Source: an uncultured cyanobacterium (GTDB taxonomy: Bacteria > Cyanobacteriota > Cyanobacteriia > CAKZMO01). From it: DNA of 64,000 nucleotides. The notes under the pieces were generated by a model. The model was not told the DNA's origin. It ran no database searches and worked only from the letters and a program-made list of their open reading frames with translations. The position numbers were made by a program, and so were the translations under genes. Location: assembly GCA_963719515.1 (NCBI GenBank), contig CAVRCJ010000014.1:215457-279456 (forward strand). Reading direction: 5' to 3'. Shown piece by piece: positions 62,792 to 64,000 of this stretch (the first letter of the stretch is position 1; the number at the start of each line of letters is the position of its first letter).

Positions 62792-63980
62792 AGTAGGTAG
62801 GGCTAGAAAAGCTGAGCTATGCAACGGATTGTAAAGGGTCCAGTTTGGAGGGGAATCTAAAGCGCTGTGCTTCATATCCGCCCGCCTGCGCTCTGGCACC
62901 AATGCCATCGATGGCCGCATAGCAAAGATCTAATTCATCCTCGAACATCTGCCCTGCAAGTTCGTGCGCCTTGAGCTGATGCCACTCGCCCTCAATCGGA
63001 TTCATCTCGGAGCAATACTTGGGCAAGAAGAACAGATACAGTCCCTGTGATTCCCACTGGGCTCGTTTCTGCTGCACCTGCTTACAGGTATGGATTGGAG
63101 CATTGTCCTGCACAATCACTCTTATGCGTCCGGTTTTCTCCATCACCTTTTGGGCCTGGCGAGCCTGCTCGTCCATCACGGTGATGTAGCGCTGCGCGTC
63201 GAAACTACCAATCACTAAGGCATAGACAAACTTGATGCCTCCTTGGAGCAGCCCCAATATACTGACGCGTCTGCCCTTTCGCTTCGTTTGCTCTTGCCGC
63301 TTCTGCTCACCCCGGAAATAGTAGCTGTAACCTACGGGCATCCACTGGCAGAAACCAGACTCATCCGTGTAGAAAAGGTCAATATCCCCTGCCGCCGCTG
63401 CCCACTCCAGCATATCCAAGTCTGCTTGCTTCTTTGCCTTCTCCTCTGGGTCTTGCTTGTTGCGGTGAGAGTGGCGCGTCCTCTTCCATATCACCCCCTT
63501 TTTTCCAGTACCCGTCTGAGATGGTCTGCGCTCAACTGTACTCCTCGCTCTTCTGCTAGCTTTTGCGCTAGCTGGCGACTATTGTAGGTTCGTGGCTCTT
63601 CCCTCAGGCATGATTCTAGATGTTCCATATCCTCGTTCTGCCATCGCCGCTTGGCACCGGGGTGAGGGCCATCCCACAGCCCGCCTAACCCTCTCTCTTG
63701 CCACCGACGTAGCGTCTGGCGCACCGTTTGCACGTTCTGGCCAAAGTGAGCGGCTATCTTCTCCACGTACATCCCCTGATGGCTCAAACGAACCGCTTGG
63801 GCTCGGTCTTTGACTCTTTGAGGAACCGTCTTGGCTTTGCGCAGTTCAAATAAGGTGCGATCCTCTTCAGGATTGAGGAAGATACGTAAGCGTGCGCCCA
63901 TGACATGATGCCTCCCACTGACGATAGAGTTGTTCCTTCATAGAACTACATGTTGCTAAGCTTTTCAAGGCCGAACTACT
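62792..63980 (-). mobile_element. IS630-family element
   Basis: TIRs AGTAGGTAGGGCTAGAAAAGCT / AGCTTTTCAAGGCCGAACTACT; TA duplication at 62790-91 and 63981-82. Confidence 0.93.
62817..63901 (-). CDS. IS630 transposase in two ORFs (HTH 63491-63901, DDE 62817-63494), probable programmed frameshift
   Basis: DESGF, QDNAPIH, LPKYCSEMNPIE; AAAAAAGGGGG run at the ORF junction. Confidence 0.88.
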
Positions 63981-64000
63981 TAGCGCTCCATCCAAAAATT

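Larger units (their letters stand above)
62340..64000 (-). pseudogene. Uma2 (DUF820) family endonuclease interrupted by IS630; 5' part continues beyond the window
   Basis: EPDIAVV, WVIEYSDTSLEKD, K..YA.A.I.EYWVVNL; removing the IS gives FLDGAL-IERVSEGIAH in frame. Confidence 0.85.

Noticed and set aside
1..64000. Abundant GCGATCGC as a novel repeat; tRNA or rRNA genes
   Set aside because: The octamer is the well-known cyanobacterial HIP1; I saw no tRNA or rRNA signatures by eye

Overview
Cyanobacterial chromosome window (about 58% GC by eye, very dense in the HIP1 octamer GCGATCGC; gene content suggests a Leptolyngbya/Nodosilinea-like filamentous strain, which is an inference). Core genes include ccb1, fcl, thrC, ndhO, an FHA-PBP1A, pgsA, carB, futA, a P-type ATPase, psb35 and psbA, plus EPS genes (two sugar transferases and a Wzc-like protein). 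Accessory features: (1) an NHLM-type bacteriocin export cluster with a double-glycine precursor whose core is three near-identical 16-aa His/Glu-rich repeats and no modifying enzyme, next to an RTX protein; (2) two distant homologous small genes (1558-1842 and 60641-60988), each preceded by the same five-hairpin architecture, suggesting a start-sequestered mRNA leader plus an opposite-strand two-hairpin sRNA; (3) two 5'-truncated genes joined head-to-head exactly at a HIP1 site (13556-13563); (4) a pentapeptide-repeat gene split by three insertions (TnpB element, DDE IS and its cognate 124-bp MITE); (5) a second TnpB element, an IS630 inside a Uma2 gene, a VapC-type TA pair, a 17-bp VNTR and a short 353-aa D1. 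All product calls come from motif recognition by eye; no searches were run.
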